DNA from: Octopus vulgaris
Lineage: Eukaryota
Direction of reading: 5' to 3'
Length of the DNA: 64,000 nt
Assembly (NCBI GenBank): GCA_951406725.2
Contig: OX597833.1
Coordinates: 18,910,001 to 18,974,000, forward strand
Shown here: piece after piece, positions 41,924-54,073 of the stretch
Position numbering within the stretch: the first letter of the stretch is position 1
Layout: each line of letters starts with the position of its first letter
Made by a program: the position numbers and the translations under genes
Notes under the pieces: model-generated
What the model saw: the letters and a program-made list of their open reading frames with translations, nothing else
Databases searched by the model: none
What the model was told of the DNA's origin: nothing

Positions 41924-42878
41924 CATATATCGAAAGTGTATTTGCCAGGCAAGTGATTCGATCTGAGACCATGAGTTGAAACTAATGTGATTCCAGTATA
42001 GAAGACATACGTTAGCCATTTAAAAACACATACGTATGCATATACACGACCACACATTTTACCCCGCAAAAATAACCATCCCCTGCCTCTCTTCTTCCCT
42101 ACTCCTTTGCAACCGATCCCCCACCCAGCTTTCTATCCCCGTCTCCCTCATGTCTTCACTTCAAATATCACATTAAAACAAAAAACTAGCATGTGTAACT
42201 AGCTAAATGGGACCAATACAGGGGACATAACTCCGATAACCGCAATAACCAGCCTTGTTTTCAGTCTTCTCTTGTTCTGTCTCCTCCAGCTACGTTTTAC
42301 ATCCATGAATTTTGTCCTGGAATTTTATAACTGGATGTGACATTTTTAGGCTTCCAGTTGCAAATGACCCAGGTCATACTTTTTCATTCAGCTATGTCCT
42401 ACGATTGCTAAATTTGCCTCTCCATATTTGAAATGTAACTAGGAAATGAGGGGTATTAGGAAAATTATTTTTATTAGCATAAGATACTTCCCGAATTTTC
42501 TAGAAATAATAAAGGAATTTCCATTGAATCATATTCTAGTATTTTTAAATGGAAGGAGACATTTAGACAATGTGGTTAAAAATGAAAAAAAAAAACTGGA
42601 TGGTCATTCCTGGAAAGTCCAATATGGAGATAAACAACAGCAATAACCAGATAATAACATACTTTCTTTTACTCTTTTACTTGTTTCAGTCATTTGACTG
42701 CGGTCATGCTGGAGCACCACCTTTAATCGAGCAACTCGACCCCAGGACTTATTCTTTTGTAATCCCAGTACTTATTCTATCAGTCTCTTTTGCTGAACCG
42801 CTAAGTAACGGGGACATAAACACACCAGCATCGGTTGTCAAGCAATGCGAGGGAGACAAACACAGACACACACACACA

Positions 42879-42922
<44 letters not shown>

Positions 42923-44726
42923 TACGACGGGCTTCTTTCAGTTTCCGTCTACCAAATCCACTCACAAGGCTTTGGTCTGCCTGAGGCTATAGTAGAAGAC
43001 ACTTGCCCAAGGTGCCACATGTTAATATACCACAAACAACTTCATGAAGGAACGGTAGCCAATGCCAACTGGCAGGGCCTTTTCTAAGCTTTTCCAAGAA
43101 AGGCTTTCATGTCTGCATTAAAGGTTCACAATTTATGGTTGTTGATGTCATAAGAATTTTATAAACTTTTAAGAGAATATGAAATAATAATTTTTTTGTA
43201 ACATTGGTTCTCAAAGCACACCACAGAAAAAATTATAAATAATGGTTTTAAATTTTGGTGCAAGGACAGCAATTTTGGAGAGGGGTTAAAGTCAATTACA
43301 TTGACCCCAGTATTCAACTGGTACATATTTTATTGACCCCAAAAGGATGAAAGGCAAAATTGGCCTTGGCAGAATTTGAACTCAGAATGTAAAGACAGAC
43401 GAAATGCTGCTAAGTATTTTGTCCAGTGAGCCAACAGTTCCAGGTATGACCATCCAGTTTTTTTTTTTTACTTTGAACTACATTGTTCAGGTGTGTCCTT
43501 CCACTTTAATAAAAATAATAATGAAAATAGTCCCTTAGTGGCTGATGATATGTGCATCTCTCATCATGAGCAGAAGTAGTGGTGGAGCATCATAGCCGTG
43601 TATTGAAAGGATTTCTAAGAGGTTTGGATAATTCACCTTTGGAAACATGGATGGTTCATTCAATATTCTCAAACAATCCTTATTCAGGGACCTTTTGTGT
43701 GGGATGGGCTACTCAACCCGAAGAAAATTCGAACTGGGCCCCACCTGCTCTGTTAATCTAGATTTGAGATCACCATGTCGCGCACATGGTTGTGATGCAT
43801 GTGCCTAGTGTACCCTTATCAGACAGGTAGTCATGATGGGTATACTGGGCTTCATATATTTTACCCCAGTGTCACTTTGATGGCATTCACTGTTCTCTCA
43901 TTCAATAATAATAATAATAATAATAATAATGAAATTATTGTATACAGTGCTCAGGTGCACCACAAGTTGTCAAAAGTGTGTATAAAGCACTTTAAAGATG
44001 GTAGAATATGATTCAGAGAGAATTCAGTTACTATTTCTAGCAAATTAAGGAAGTGCCTTGTACAAAAAAAAAGAAGTTATATACATAGATATATAGACAT
44101 ATACATCACAGCTCATCTTCCTAACACTCCTCGTTTCCTAGTTTCATTTCAAATGTGGAGAGGCAAATTTAGCAATCAGGTGAAGTAACTTGACAGACAA
44201 TTGAAATCAAAACGTGACAGTCATTCACTGAAAATTACTACCTGTTCTATGGCATGTACCATGTCACACAAAACTATAAACAACAACATGTAACTATTGG
44301 GCTGAAAACCCCTTTTGGATAGAAAAAGTCAAAAGCTGTCCATATTTTGGCTTCTTATGACAATGACCTTTATCTTACCATTGTACCAATTTACGGTTTC
44401 GTAGATTAGACAATTGAAAGTTAAATGTCTTTTTTTTCTAACCGAACATTCAAATTTCTCAGTCAAATGTAATGTTTATTTATTCACATCATTGTGGATC
44501 AATTGGCTTATCTCATAGCTTTGAGATTTCAACGATGCGATTGTTTATTTTTAGAATGACATTGCAGCACAGGTGTAAGAGGTTGGATCTGCCCAGTTTG
44601 AACATAAAACAGCTAGAATATTTTGGCTGGATATGACCAGTTTAAATGCTAAAGTGTTAAACTGCTTTTCAACCATCCAAGCTAGCTATGAGTCCCATCA
44701 ATGTTTTTTCTTTATTTGCAAAATAT

Positions 44727-47700
44727 TCATTTAAAAAACTTACAAAATTTTTTTTTCATGCGGTCTGATGCAAAAGTTATTTTAGATGGAGGCTTTCTGA
44801 AAGTATTTTCTAAAGCTTCTGAGAGTTTTCGGAAACCTCTGTCTACTGCAGATATTTCCATGGCATTTTCTTTGGCTGACAAATTACACTCGCTTTCATC
44901 AGAAGCTCTGCTGGAATTAATACTTAAAGAATTTATGTAATTGGCTGCTTCTTCTGAATTCATATACAGGTCAGCTTTGGAATTATTTTCTTTCTTTCTT
45001 GGAATTCTCTCACAGTTTGTATTTCCTGTAAAAGATCTTGGAGATCTCACAGAGAGATATGAAAATGCTTTTTCTCTTGTGAAACTATCATCATTAGATG
45101 TTCTAGAAATATCATTGAAATCATCAATGTTGGCATAGTTTTCAAACCCTGTCTCTTTGCTACAACTGAAAGAAACCCTTTTTGTCTTTTTCCTAGGATC
45201 AACTGAAACATTAATACCAGGACTATTCACATAGTTTTCATAATTATCAACATAAGCTGGAAAGACCTCTACATTATTAAATTCATATTCTTCAGAGTTA
45301 GAAAACGAAAGCATTGAGATTTTTTCAATGTTTTGGTGATAGTCAGCAGAACCAGAAGCAGCAGAGAAATTACTACCATCTACAAATCCAGATTCATCAG
45401 TTACTAAACTTGAGTGCCTTCGACTGTATTGCTTATTAGTATTTTCTTTATATTTTTCACTGTATTTCGACATTCCTTCTGAAGTACTCGCAGCAAGAGG
45501 GTCCAAGGTGTAGTAGTAGTCAGAATTAACCTTTGGTGAACCAGCTGAAAAGGGAAAACTTTCCTCGATATCTTCGTAATGAAGTGGAGATTGTTGCTGA
45601 CTGAAGTAGAAATAATTAGGTTTTGTTCTGTTATTTTGAAACAAGTTGTCAGAGACATCATGTAAATCACCATTTGAACTCCAACTGGTGGCTCTTTTGG
45701 TCTGTTGATGTTCCTGCTTTGATTTCCTTTTATCGTAGTCATGAGAAGGATTCTCTGAAAATGTACAAAAACTACTTCTAGATGGTAAAGCTCTAGAGCT
45801 TCTTCTATTATCAGGAGAATCCAAATAGAAGACATCATCTACAACCGTTCCTTCCTGTTTTAAAGGATTATTTTCCTTTTGAACATTGCTTTTCACTCTG
45901 TTAAATCTGTCAGACATCTCATGCCTCGGGAATCTTGGTGATAATGGTGAGGATGCCAGTAAAGGATTCATGTGTCCATCTAGGCTATCGTCTTGGAGAT
46001 AGTTTTCTGAAATCTTATAAGGAAGTGTGAAGATTTCATTAACACTATTGACAGATTGTTGTATTTCCCCGTCATCAAAATTAAATTGTCCTGCAAATAC
46101 AGGACTAATCATATTCTGATAATCCTCATTAACTACCACTGTCTCTTCACCATTCATGTGAGATTTTCCACGGCTCAAAAATTTTGGAGGTTTTACATAT
46201 CTCATTTTTGTGTTGTCATTGTTATTCCTCTGGTTATCACTGTCAATTCTATAAACATTAGGAAAATTCTCTGAACATTCTTGCGTGGTTTTTATTTGAA
46301 TTGGTAGAGAATGCTTTGATTCTCTTCCATTTAAAGGATTGAACACCACATTGGTCCTTTCAGAGTGATCAATAAATGAACTTGAAACTTTTTCATCTTT
46401 TTCTATTGGACTATATTTACTGGAAATATCCAATGGGAATGGTTTGGGAGACCTTGTGAAAATTCTTTCATTTTGTAACCCGCTATCTTCAGTGTAATCA
46501 ACAGGGAAATCTTGACTGTCTATTAGAGATGTTACATTTTCTTGTAGTTCTACATTTGAAGTTGGACTACCAACTGAGGAAGCCATATTTCTCTGAGAAT
46601 CTGTGTACCGATTCTGTACAGTATCTGGTGATATGTAATTCTGGTTACTGTTGGAGTACGACCGCTTTTTAACAAATGGCCTGGTATCTGAGCAGAAAGA
46701 ACGTCCATCGTCTGAAGATATGATAGTTTTGTATTCATCGACAGAATACCTTTGGTTTTTGTTTGAAGATACAGCATGGCCTGGACAGTTGTCATTCAGA
46801 GAGTATGAGTTATCTGGTGATACAACATTTGAGGAATAATTGTTGTAACTGTCATAAACAGTTCTGGTGTAATCTCTGGATCCAATATCTTCTATTAAAT
46901 CATGTCTTTTGTAGTACTCCTCATTCTCAGTACATGTGCTTTTATAATAGTCTTCAGACAAGGATTGAGTGTAATCAGAAGATAAAACCTTCTTGTGGTC
47001 ATCAATGTAGATTGTATTGGGTAATACTTCATAATAGTCATCACTGTGGCTGCCAGGAGATAGATTTTTTATGAAGTCGTCATATGAATTATTATTAGAT
47101 ATGATATTTTCATGGTAATCCTCATACAAAGCATGAATGGTATCTGAAGGTAAGTTTCTTTCAGTGCCTTCATTTAACCTATACGAGCCATCAGGCGATA
47201 ATCTAGACTGACAGTAGCCATTATATGGCAGATGTGTATTGCTGGGTGATATTCTACGTTTATCATACTCCTCAGATAAAGCATGCATTTTATTCTTTGG
47301 TACATCACGCTTATTAAAGCCATTGGATTGCACATGTGCATTATTTTGAGGTGCATCGAATTTATTGTAGCCATTGGACCTAATATGTTTATTATTCTCA
47401 ACTACATCCTTTTTATCATCGCCACCAACCTGATAACATGTATTATTATCTTTAACGCTATCAGGTTTATTGTATAGTTCGATGAGATCACCTATCATAT
47501 CTTTGTCAATGACAGAATCCTTTGGGTTGCTACTCAGTTTAAGCGGTGATACAACACCTTTATAATTTCCATCGCACAAAGAAGCATTTGCATCATGTTC
47601 AAGGTTTTCTTCATGAAAATCTAAGCCATCATACAGAGGAGGTGGTTGTGAAGGCGGTGACAGAAGCAAGAGCTGTTCTTTGCATCTTTCATGATTCAAT

Positions 47701-48119
47701 GGCTTCGATGATTTAGACAAACAATAACTACTTGTCTCATATGGGCAGATTTTTACCTCGTGGGATATCAGCAGTTTATTAGATATTTCGCTTGTGTTTC
47801 TTTTGGAATCGCTGCAAGAATTCTGGTCACTTGGCTTGAAAATCAATGGCTTTTGTGTTTCTAAATTCAAGAGATAAACACTGCCAGAATTTGTTGTACA
47901 TTGATTTTCAGATGATGTCTGTAAGCGTTCTACAGTTATGGATCCATCTTTAGCTTGGTCTCTGAGATGTTTCCTGGGTATTATTGCAGGTTTTTTCCGA
48001 TAAATACTTTTATTGGATCCAGCAACAAGTTCAATTGATTGATTAGAAAAATCATTGGCATCAGTGATAAAACTGGAAATTAATCTCACTTCTTGAAGCT
48101 GGCAATTCTCTGTCATCAT
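44727..48119 (-). CDS. 3.4-kb ORF/exon, 1130 aa, Ser/Asn/Asp/Tyr-rich disordered protein (gene 2)
   Basis: Uninterrupted non-repetitive ORF in AT-rich DNA. An acceptor-like tgtag lies 9 nt before the ATG with an in-frame TGA between them. A consensus donor TTT T|gtaagt at 44743 suggests the exon really ends at 44744; the downstream exon was not identified. Confidence 0.85.
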   Translation of the reverse strand: MMTENCQLQEVRLISSFITDANDFSNQSIELVAGSNKSIYRKKPAIIPRKHLRDQAKDGSITVERLQTSSENQCTTNSGSVYLLNLETQKPLIFKPSDQNSCSDSKRNTSEISNKLLISHEVKICPYETSSYCLSKSSKPLNHERCKEQLLLLSPPSQPPPLYDGLDFHEENLEHDANASLCDGNYKGVVSPLKLSSNPKDSVIDKDMIGDLIELYNKPDSVKDNNTCYQVGGDDKKDVVENNKHIRSNGYNKFDAPQNNAHVQSNGFNKRDVPKNKMHALSEEYDKRRISPSNTHLPYNGYCQSRLSPDGSYRLNEGTERNLPSDTIHALYEDYHENIISNNNSYDDFIKNLSPGSHSDDYYEVLPNTIYIDDHKKVLSSDYTQSLSEDYYKSTCTENEEYYKRHDLIEDIGSRDYTRTVYDSYNNYSSNVVSPDNSYSLNDNCPGHAVSSNKNQRYSVDEYKTIISSDDGRSFCSDTRPFVKKRSYSNSNQNYISPDTVQNRYTDSQRNMASSVGSPTSNVELQENVTSLIDSQDFPVDYTEDSGLQNERIFTRSPKPFPLDISSKYSPIEKDEKVSSSFIDHSERTNVVFNPLNGRESKHSLPIQIKTTQECSENFPNVYRIDSDNQRNNNDNTKMRYVKPPKFLSRGKSHMNGEETVVVNEDYQNMISPVFAGQFNFDDGEIQQSVNSVNEIFTLPYKISENYLQDDSLDGHMNPLLASSPLSPRFPRHEMSDRFNRVKSNVQKENNPLKQEGTVVDDVFYLDSPDNRRSSRALPSRSSFCTFSENPSHDYDKRKSKQEHQQTKRATSWSSNGDLHDVSDNLFQNNRTKPNYFYFSQQQSPLHYEDIEESFPFSAGSPKVNSDYYYTLDPLAASTSEGMSKYSEKYKENTNKQYSRRHSSLVTDESGFVDGSNFSAASGSADYHQNIEKISMLSFSNSEEYEFNNVEVFPAYVDNYENYVNSPGINVSVDPRKKTKRVSFSCSKETGFENYANIDDFNDISRTSNDDSFTREKAFSYLSVRSPRSFTGNTNCERIPRKKENNSKADLYMNSEEAANYINSLSINSSRASDESECNLSAKENAMEISAVDRGFRKLSEALENTFRKPPSKITFASDRMKKKFCKFFK

Positions 48120-48336
48120 TCAAGTTGGCTACATTTGGTGTTGTAATTGGTTTCAGAAAATAAAAAATAAAAATAAAAGCAAAAAATGAATAAAAGTATA
48201 AATTTCAAAAAAATTTAAATGAGAGAAATATAAAGTAAATTTGATAAAGAATTAACAATTGCAACATGAGAATGTCATTGTGTCTATTTCAAAACATACA
48301 TTCTGTTATGATAACTTGTATTTTATAAATATTATG

Positions 48337-48820
48337 GACCCGGCAGGACTAGTGAGACCATAACCCGTGGCCTCTACATGGGATGTAGCCTTTCCTTCTT
48401 GGGACACAAAACTCTACTTGTGAAGATCTGTTGAGGCAAGTGAGAATCAGAATCAAAATCTAAATCGATCAACATCAATGGAAATTGTAGCTGTGATACC
48501 AGTGCCGGGGGCACGTAAGAGAACCATCCGAATGTGGCCGTTGCCAGCGCCGCCCCGACTGGCCTCCGTGCCGGTGGCACGTAAAAAGCATCATCCGACG
48601 GTGGCCGTTTGCCAGCCTCGTCTGGCACCTGTGTCGGTGACACATAAAAAGCACCCACTACACTTATGGAGTGGTTGGTGTTAGGAAGGGCATCCAGCTG
48701 TAGAAACATTGCCAGATCAGACTGGGCCTGGTGCAGCCTTCTGGCTTCCCAGACCCCAGTTGAACCGTCCAACCCATGCTAGCATGGAAAGCGGACATTA
48801 AACGATGATGATGATGATGA
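48337..48820 (+). mobile_element. 5'-truncated copy of the same RTE 3'UTR ('family C'; other copies ~10512-10831, 12378-12690, 16196-16460, 19757-20020, 39868-40031, 62113-62362)
   Basis: Collinear with 60410-60896; (GAT)n tail. Confidence 0.85.
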
Positions 48821-49915
48821 TTTTGTAACATTAATTTAGATGAAGGTATGGTTGTAGGGTAAGAGGTGACGAGCTAGCAGAAACGTTAGCATGCCAGGCT
48901 TAGCAGTATTTCGTCTACCGCTACGTTCTGAGTTCAAATTCCGCCGAGGTCAACTTTGCCTTTCATTCTTTCGGGGTCGATAAATTAAGTACCAGTTACA
49001 CACTGGGGTTGATGTAATCGACTTAATCCCTTTGTCTGTCCTTATTTGTCCCCTCTATGTTTAGCCCCTTGCAGGCAATAAAGAGATAAGAGGTTTGCTT
49101 TACAAACATGGTTCTAGGTTCAGACTGAACCTGAGACCATGTAGCTGGGAAGCAAACTTCTTACCACACAGCCACACCACCACCTACATATATATATGTA
49201 TGTGTGTGTGTGTGTTTTAAGGTGCTAGGCTCCGTGGTTAGAGTGTCAGGCTCACAATCATGAGGTAGTGAGTTCGATTCTCAGACCAGGCTGTGTATTG
49301 TGTTCTTCAGCAAGACAATTTATTTCACGTTACTCCAGTTCACTCAGCTGTAGAAATGAGTTGCAAAGTCACTGGTACCAAGCTGTATTGGCTTTTGCCT
49401 TTCCCATGAATAACACCAGATGCATGGGGAGGGGAGGCTGGTATGCATGGGTGACTGCTGGTCTTCCATAAACATCCTTGCCTGGACTTGTGCCTCAGAA
49501 GGTCACTTTCTAGCTGTAATCCTATGGGCATTCATGACCAAAGGGGGTCTCTCAGTCCTAAGAAATATATATATGGTCATTTTGTTTTTGCCAAATAATA
49601 TATACATAATATATATATATATCTTTTTGCCAAATAACACATACACACACATACACACAACATTAAGAGTGGTGCAAATCCAAAACGATCTTGGTACAGG
49701 CAGTTTGTTAGCCTCAGGTAAGTATACAGCTTGTATAAATAACACAATGCAGATAATATACAATCAGAAGTTTATTTACCTACTCCACTCCATACACCTA
49801 ATGTTGTGTGTGTGTGTGTAACTATCTTCTTGTCTTGGTAGTTGTAAGTGAGCATTAATGTTTTATATCTGCTGACGTATATATAGAGTTTTAATGAGAT
49901 TTGTAAGGTGCTATG

Positions 49916-50079
49916 TTAATTTAAAAAGTGATGGTCAGACATTCGAAAAATTCTGTTATTAGGCAACCTTCTGGTCACTGTAGTATCAGGTATGAGGGAG
50001 TTTACTGGACCTCTAAAGTGGCAAATGACTTCCGTAAGCTTGGCAACTTTGATCATAGGATCTGCTAAATGAAGGTTAC
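49916..50079 (-). CDS. Probable terminal coding exon of an upstream gene (gene 3): GNLHLADPMIKVAKLTEVICHFRGP...HHFLN*
   Basis: Acceptor tcctcag|GT at 50080, open frame to TAA; in phase with the 50150-50297 exon across a 70-bp GT-AG intron. An alternative donor 2 nt away makes the join uncertain. Confidence 0.5.
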
Positions 50080-50149
50080 CTGAGGATGAACAACTACACA
50101 TACAGGCTAAATCGTACAAATAACAAAAATGACATGCAAAAACATACAC

Positions 50150-50297
50150 CTGTATAGTCCAGCCATGCCCACCCTGTTGAATTTAGGTACCTGTGTAATG
50201 ATGGTAGCCTCTTGTAGTTCAATAAAGATGCCTCTGCAATTTTTTGCTGAACAATGTGCATAAATGATTTGTTTTCAGTGATCAAATAGGCAGAATT
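50150..50297 (-). CDS. Probable internal coding exon of gene 3: NSAYLITENKSFMHIVQQKIAEASLLNYKRLPSLHRYLNSTGWAWLDYT
   Basis: Unique sequence, aaccag| acceptor, open frame, G|gtgtatgt donor. Confidence 0.55.
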
Positions 50298-50463
50298 CTG
50301 GTTTAATTATAAGAAGCTACCATCATCATACAGGTATCTAAAATTCATATAACCCCTCGTAATTATTTTGTTTTTTGGAATTTTCCGAAAATATTTGGGA
50401 ATTTGTGTTTTACACAAGGAAATTTCATATGATTATGCAAAGAAAAAAAATTCATTGTGTGAT

Positions 50464-50970
50464 TTAACCCTTTAATATTCAGAGTACTCCATCAAATTTA
50501 ATGCTTTTTGATTCACACTGTTTTGAAGTAATCATGCATTATCTTGTAGCTTTGTGGAGGTGCGTGGCTCAGTGGTTAGGATGTCAGCATCATGATCGTA
50601 AGATTGTGGTTTCGATTCCTGGACCGGGCGATGCGTTGTGTTCTTGAGCAAAACACTTCATTTCACGTTGCTCCAGTCCACTCAGCTGGCAAAAATGAGT
50701 AACGCTGCGATGGACTGGCGTCCCATCCAGCTGGGGAACACATACACCATAGAAACCGGGAGACTGGGCCCATGAGCCTGGCTATTCTTTAAAAAGGGCG
50801 CATTTATTATTTATTTATTATCTTGTAGCTTTAAGATTTTGATGATGTGGTTGCTTATTTTTAGAATGACATTGTAGAGTAGGTGTGAGAGGCTTAATAT
50901 GGCCAGCCTGAACATAAAACAAGCAGAATATTTGGGCCGGAAACAGCCGGTTTAAATACCAAAGGGTTAA
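50464..50970. mobile_element. piggyBac-type MITE containing a full-length tRNA-derived SINE (50554-50816)
   Basis: TTAA-CCCTTT...AAAGGG-TTAA; the SINE is bounded by a 16-bp TSD ATTATCTTGTAGCTTT (50538-50553 and 50817-50832). Confidence 0.8.
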
Positions 50971-52558
50971 AGGTGATTTAGCTGTTGTTTTTAGCACATC
51001 TCACAACTATCTGATATCTTCCTTGTTTCCTTGTCATTCTGACATATATGGATATTTTTCAATATTTTTCTCCTGATAAACACATTTAATGGAATGCTGA
51101 TGCACCCATTGCTGGGATTTAACCAAAAATTTGGACCATCTGTGTTAAACACAGATTTTTAAAAAAAAAATCGTTGAAGAGTGAAACTTATAGAATTTGG
51201 GAGAGTTGTGTAAACAAATTCCTCAAAACAAAATGAAAGGACACATTGGATAATATAGCCTGAAATACACTATATCTAAAGGATGCATGGAATAATGAGG
51301 TCTTACAATACATTATGTCTGAAAAAGGATCATGTTAAATTCGTTCTAACCACTTGAAGAATGTCAGACTTTTTCCAGATTATTTTTTCTTTAAAATGTA
51401 GCTTTCTATGCTGATAAAAACTGTAATCACTTTTTTTCTAGAAATTAAGTAGTTACAACAGTGCTGAAAATTTTTTGGAAAAATCTGGTGAAAATTTGAA
51501 ATACTTGAAATGAATGGAAAAACTTTAACAAGATCCATGCAAAAGATGGAATTATCACATTTAAAACAGCTTAATTATAGATTTCCAGGAGCCAAGGCTA
51601 AACAGCAACTACTCCTTTCCCTCTTGTTTTAGTCATTAGACTGCAGCCATGCTGTGGCACCACCTTGGAGAATTTTTAGCCAATTGAATTGACCCCAGTA
51701 CTTTTCTTATTCTATTGATCCCTTTTGCTGAACTGCTAGTTATGGGGATGTAAACACACCAACACTGGTTGTCAAATGGTGGTGGTGGGGACAAACACAA
51801 ACATACACACATGCATGCACACGCAGGTGCACACACACACACACACATGACAGGTTATTTTCAGTTTTCATCTAGCAAACCCCTCAAGTTGCTATGCAGT
51901 GGGATGAACCCAGAAACATGTGGAGGGGAAGCAAACTCCTTAACTACACAGCCACCCTGATTTCAATTATTTATATAAGCAAATCAATTAAATTTAACTT
52001 TTCAAAATTATTTATTTATTTATTGAAAGAAAAAATTGGACAGCTAGGTTTCACCCATAGATAATTACTGGTATATAAAATATCACACAATATAATTCCT
52101 TGGTTTATAAAAATTATCTCTGCCTCTAGAGCAGAGGTTCTCAAACTTTTTGGGCCTCCACCCACCTCATGGCCACATAATACCCTCAGCACCACCCACC
52201 CCTATATTCATGTGTAAATAAATATTTTATATTTTACTAATTTATATATACTATGAATAATTTGATATTTAATATAATGTTATATAATTTGTATATAATA
52301 CTATAAGAATATTATAATAAATTCATAGCTTTCCCCAATTCACTGCCTTCTTCCCAAAGCCCCCTTTTTTCTATTGCATATTTGTTCTTACCCGCTTCAT
52401 GTGTGTATGTAAAATCCGCAAATTTTCGGAGGTCACGGAAACACCCGAGGTCTTGTTATGGTTTTGTTGAGTTAAAACGAAGGAACGCCCATGACAAATT
52501 CAAAAGAATGTGAATAAATAAGCAATACATTTGACAGAATAATCTGCGTACTAAAGGG

Positions 52559-52770
52559 TTAACCCTTTTGTTACTAACCCGGCTATGTGGTAAAATGTCT
52601 TGTTTTCATAAGTTTTGAATTAAAATATTCCACCAAGCTTTAGTCACAATTTACATTCCTAGCACTAGCTTAATAATAACTAAGTTATTTTACTAAATTC
52701 TTTGCTATATTTAAAATAATTGAAAGAAACACAGAACATCTCAAAATAAATACAGTAACGAATGGGTTAA
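52559..52770. mobile_element. Second piggyBac-type MITE family (fragments also ~16470-16604 and 19435-19575)
   Basis: TTAACCCTTTTGTTACT ... AGTAACGAATGGGTTAA. Confidence 0.7.
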
Positions 52771-53260
52771 AATATGAAACTGAAGCATTGAACAGTTATG
52801 CATAAATATAAACTTGTTACTAGTTCAAATATGCTTCAAACCCTTAAGAAGGCCATTTGCTGTATTTTGTCATGGAGAAAATTTCTTAGGGTAAACAAAA
52901 AGGAGCAAGCACACCTAGTTGAACTGGGCCCTTCAAACTGGGCCCTTCAGATCTATGGGGCTGAATTATGATCTATGTATGTTGCAGAATGCTGTTAATA
53001 AATAAATACTTTAGGGCTCTGTGAATTGATTTTCTTGGGGGCTTATAACACTGTTAAGACATCCTATAGAAACTAGCACTTCATTTTATCAACCCTTAAA
53101 GAATGAAAGGTAAAAATGAACCTCAGCGAGATTTGAACACACATATAAAAACATATAACTAAATGCTGCAAGTCATTAGCATAGGTAATAAAAACAACAA
53201 CAATAACAAAATAATGAATAGGATAATTTAGACATCAAAAAGCATTATTTTTATACTTAC

Positions 53261-53290
53261 AAATTTCTGTAAATGCCTGTTATCTGCTTT
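53261..53290 (-). CDS. Candidate 30-nt micro-exon (KADNRHLQKF in frame 0)
   Basis: Flanked by ttttttacag| and |gtaagt; length is a multiple of 3; joins in frame to the 50297 exon. Confidence 0.45.
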
Positions 53291-53467
53291 CTGTAAAAAA
53301 TAGTTTTCTTCTCAACTTGAGTGATGAAATTCTTATTTCAGTGGTAGCAGTAATAAAACAAATATTTATGGTCAGGTTCTGTGTTGTAGCAAATGATGAT
53401 GATGATGATGATAATATTTATACCCTAGTGTCTCTTTGATGGCATGAGTTGCTCTCTCACTCAATAG

Positions 53468-53501
<34 letters not shown>

Positions 53502-53508
53502 GATGTTG

Positions 53509-53541
<33 letters not shown>

Positions 53542-54030
53542 GTTGTTTTAAGAGTAATAAAATAATTTCTTATTTATTTCTGTTGCTGTTGTTGTTTGTG
53601 ACGTTGAAGTTGTCAATTACTATTATTATTATTATTATTAATTATTTTTTCTCAAAATTGTCCACACTTATTTTTTATAGATGTTTGCTACAGAAAGCCC
53701 TCCAAATAAACTGTCTTGTCCTCTGCCAGCACAGTATCTCATGTGTGTGTGTTTGTGTTTATGTTTGTATTTGTGTATGTGTGTGTGGTATGTGTTGTTT
53801 GTTTTAAATAAGTGTAAACAAATTGATATAAAAATTTGGTTTTGATGCAGATGTTGGGGTATTTAGAACCAATGAAACAGCTTCCACTGCCCAACCTCCA
53901 AAACATGGAACAATTGACTGACCAATCAAAACAAAAAGGTAAACCACTTGGGTCCAATGAGTGACCAATCATAGTGACCATTGATGGAGAGGAGTCTTTT
54001 AAAAGAGTGGTTTGGTTGTTTATGGGAGGC

Positions 54031-54031
<1 letters not shown>

Positions 54032-54073
<42 letters not shown>

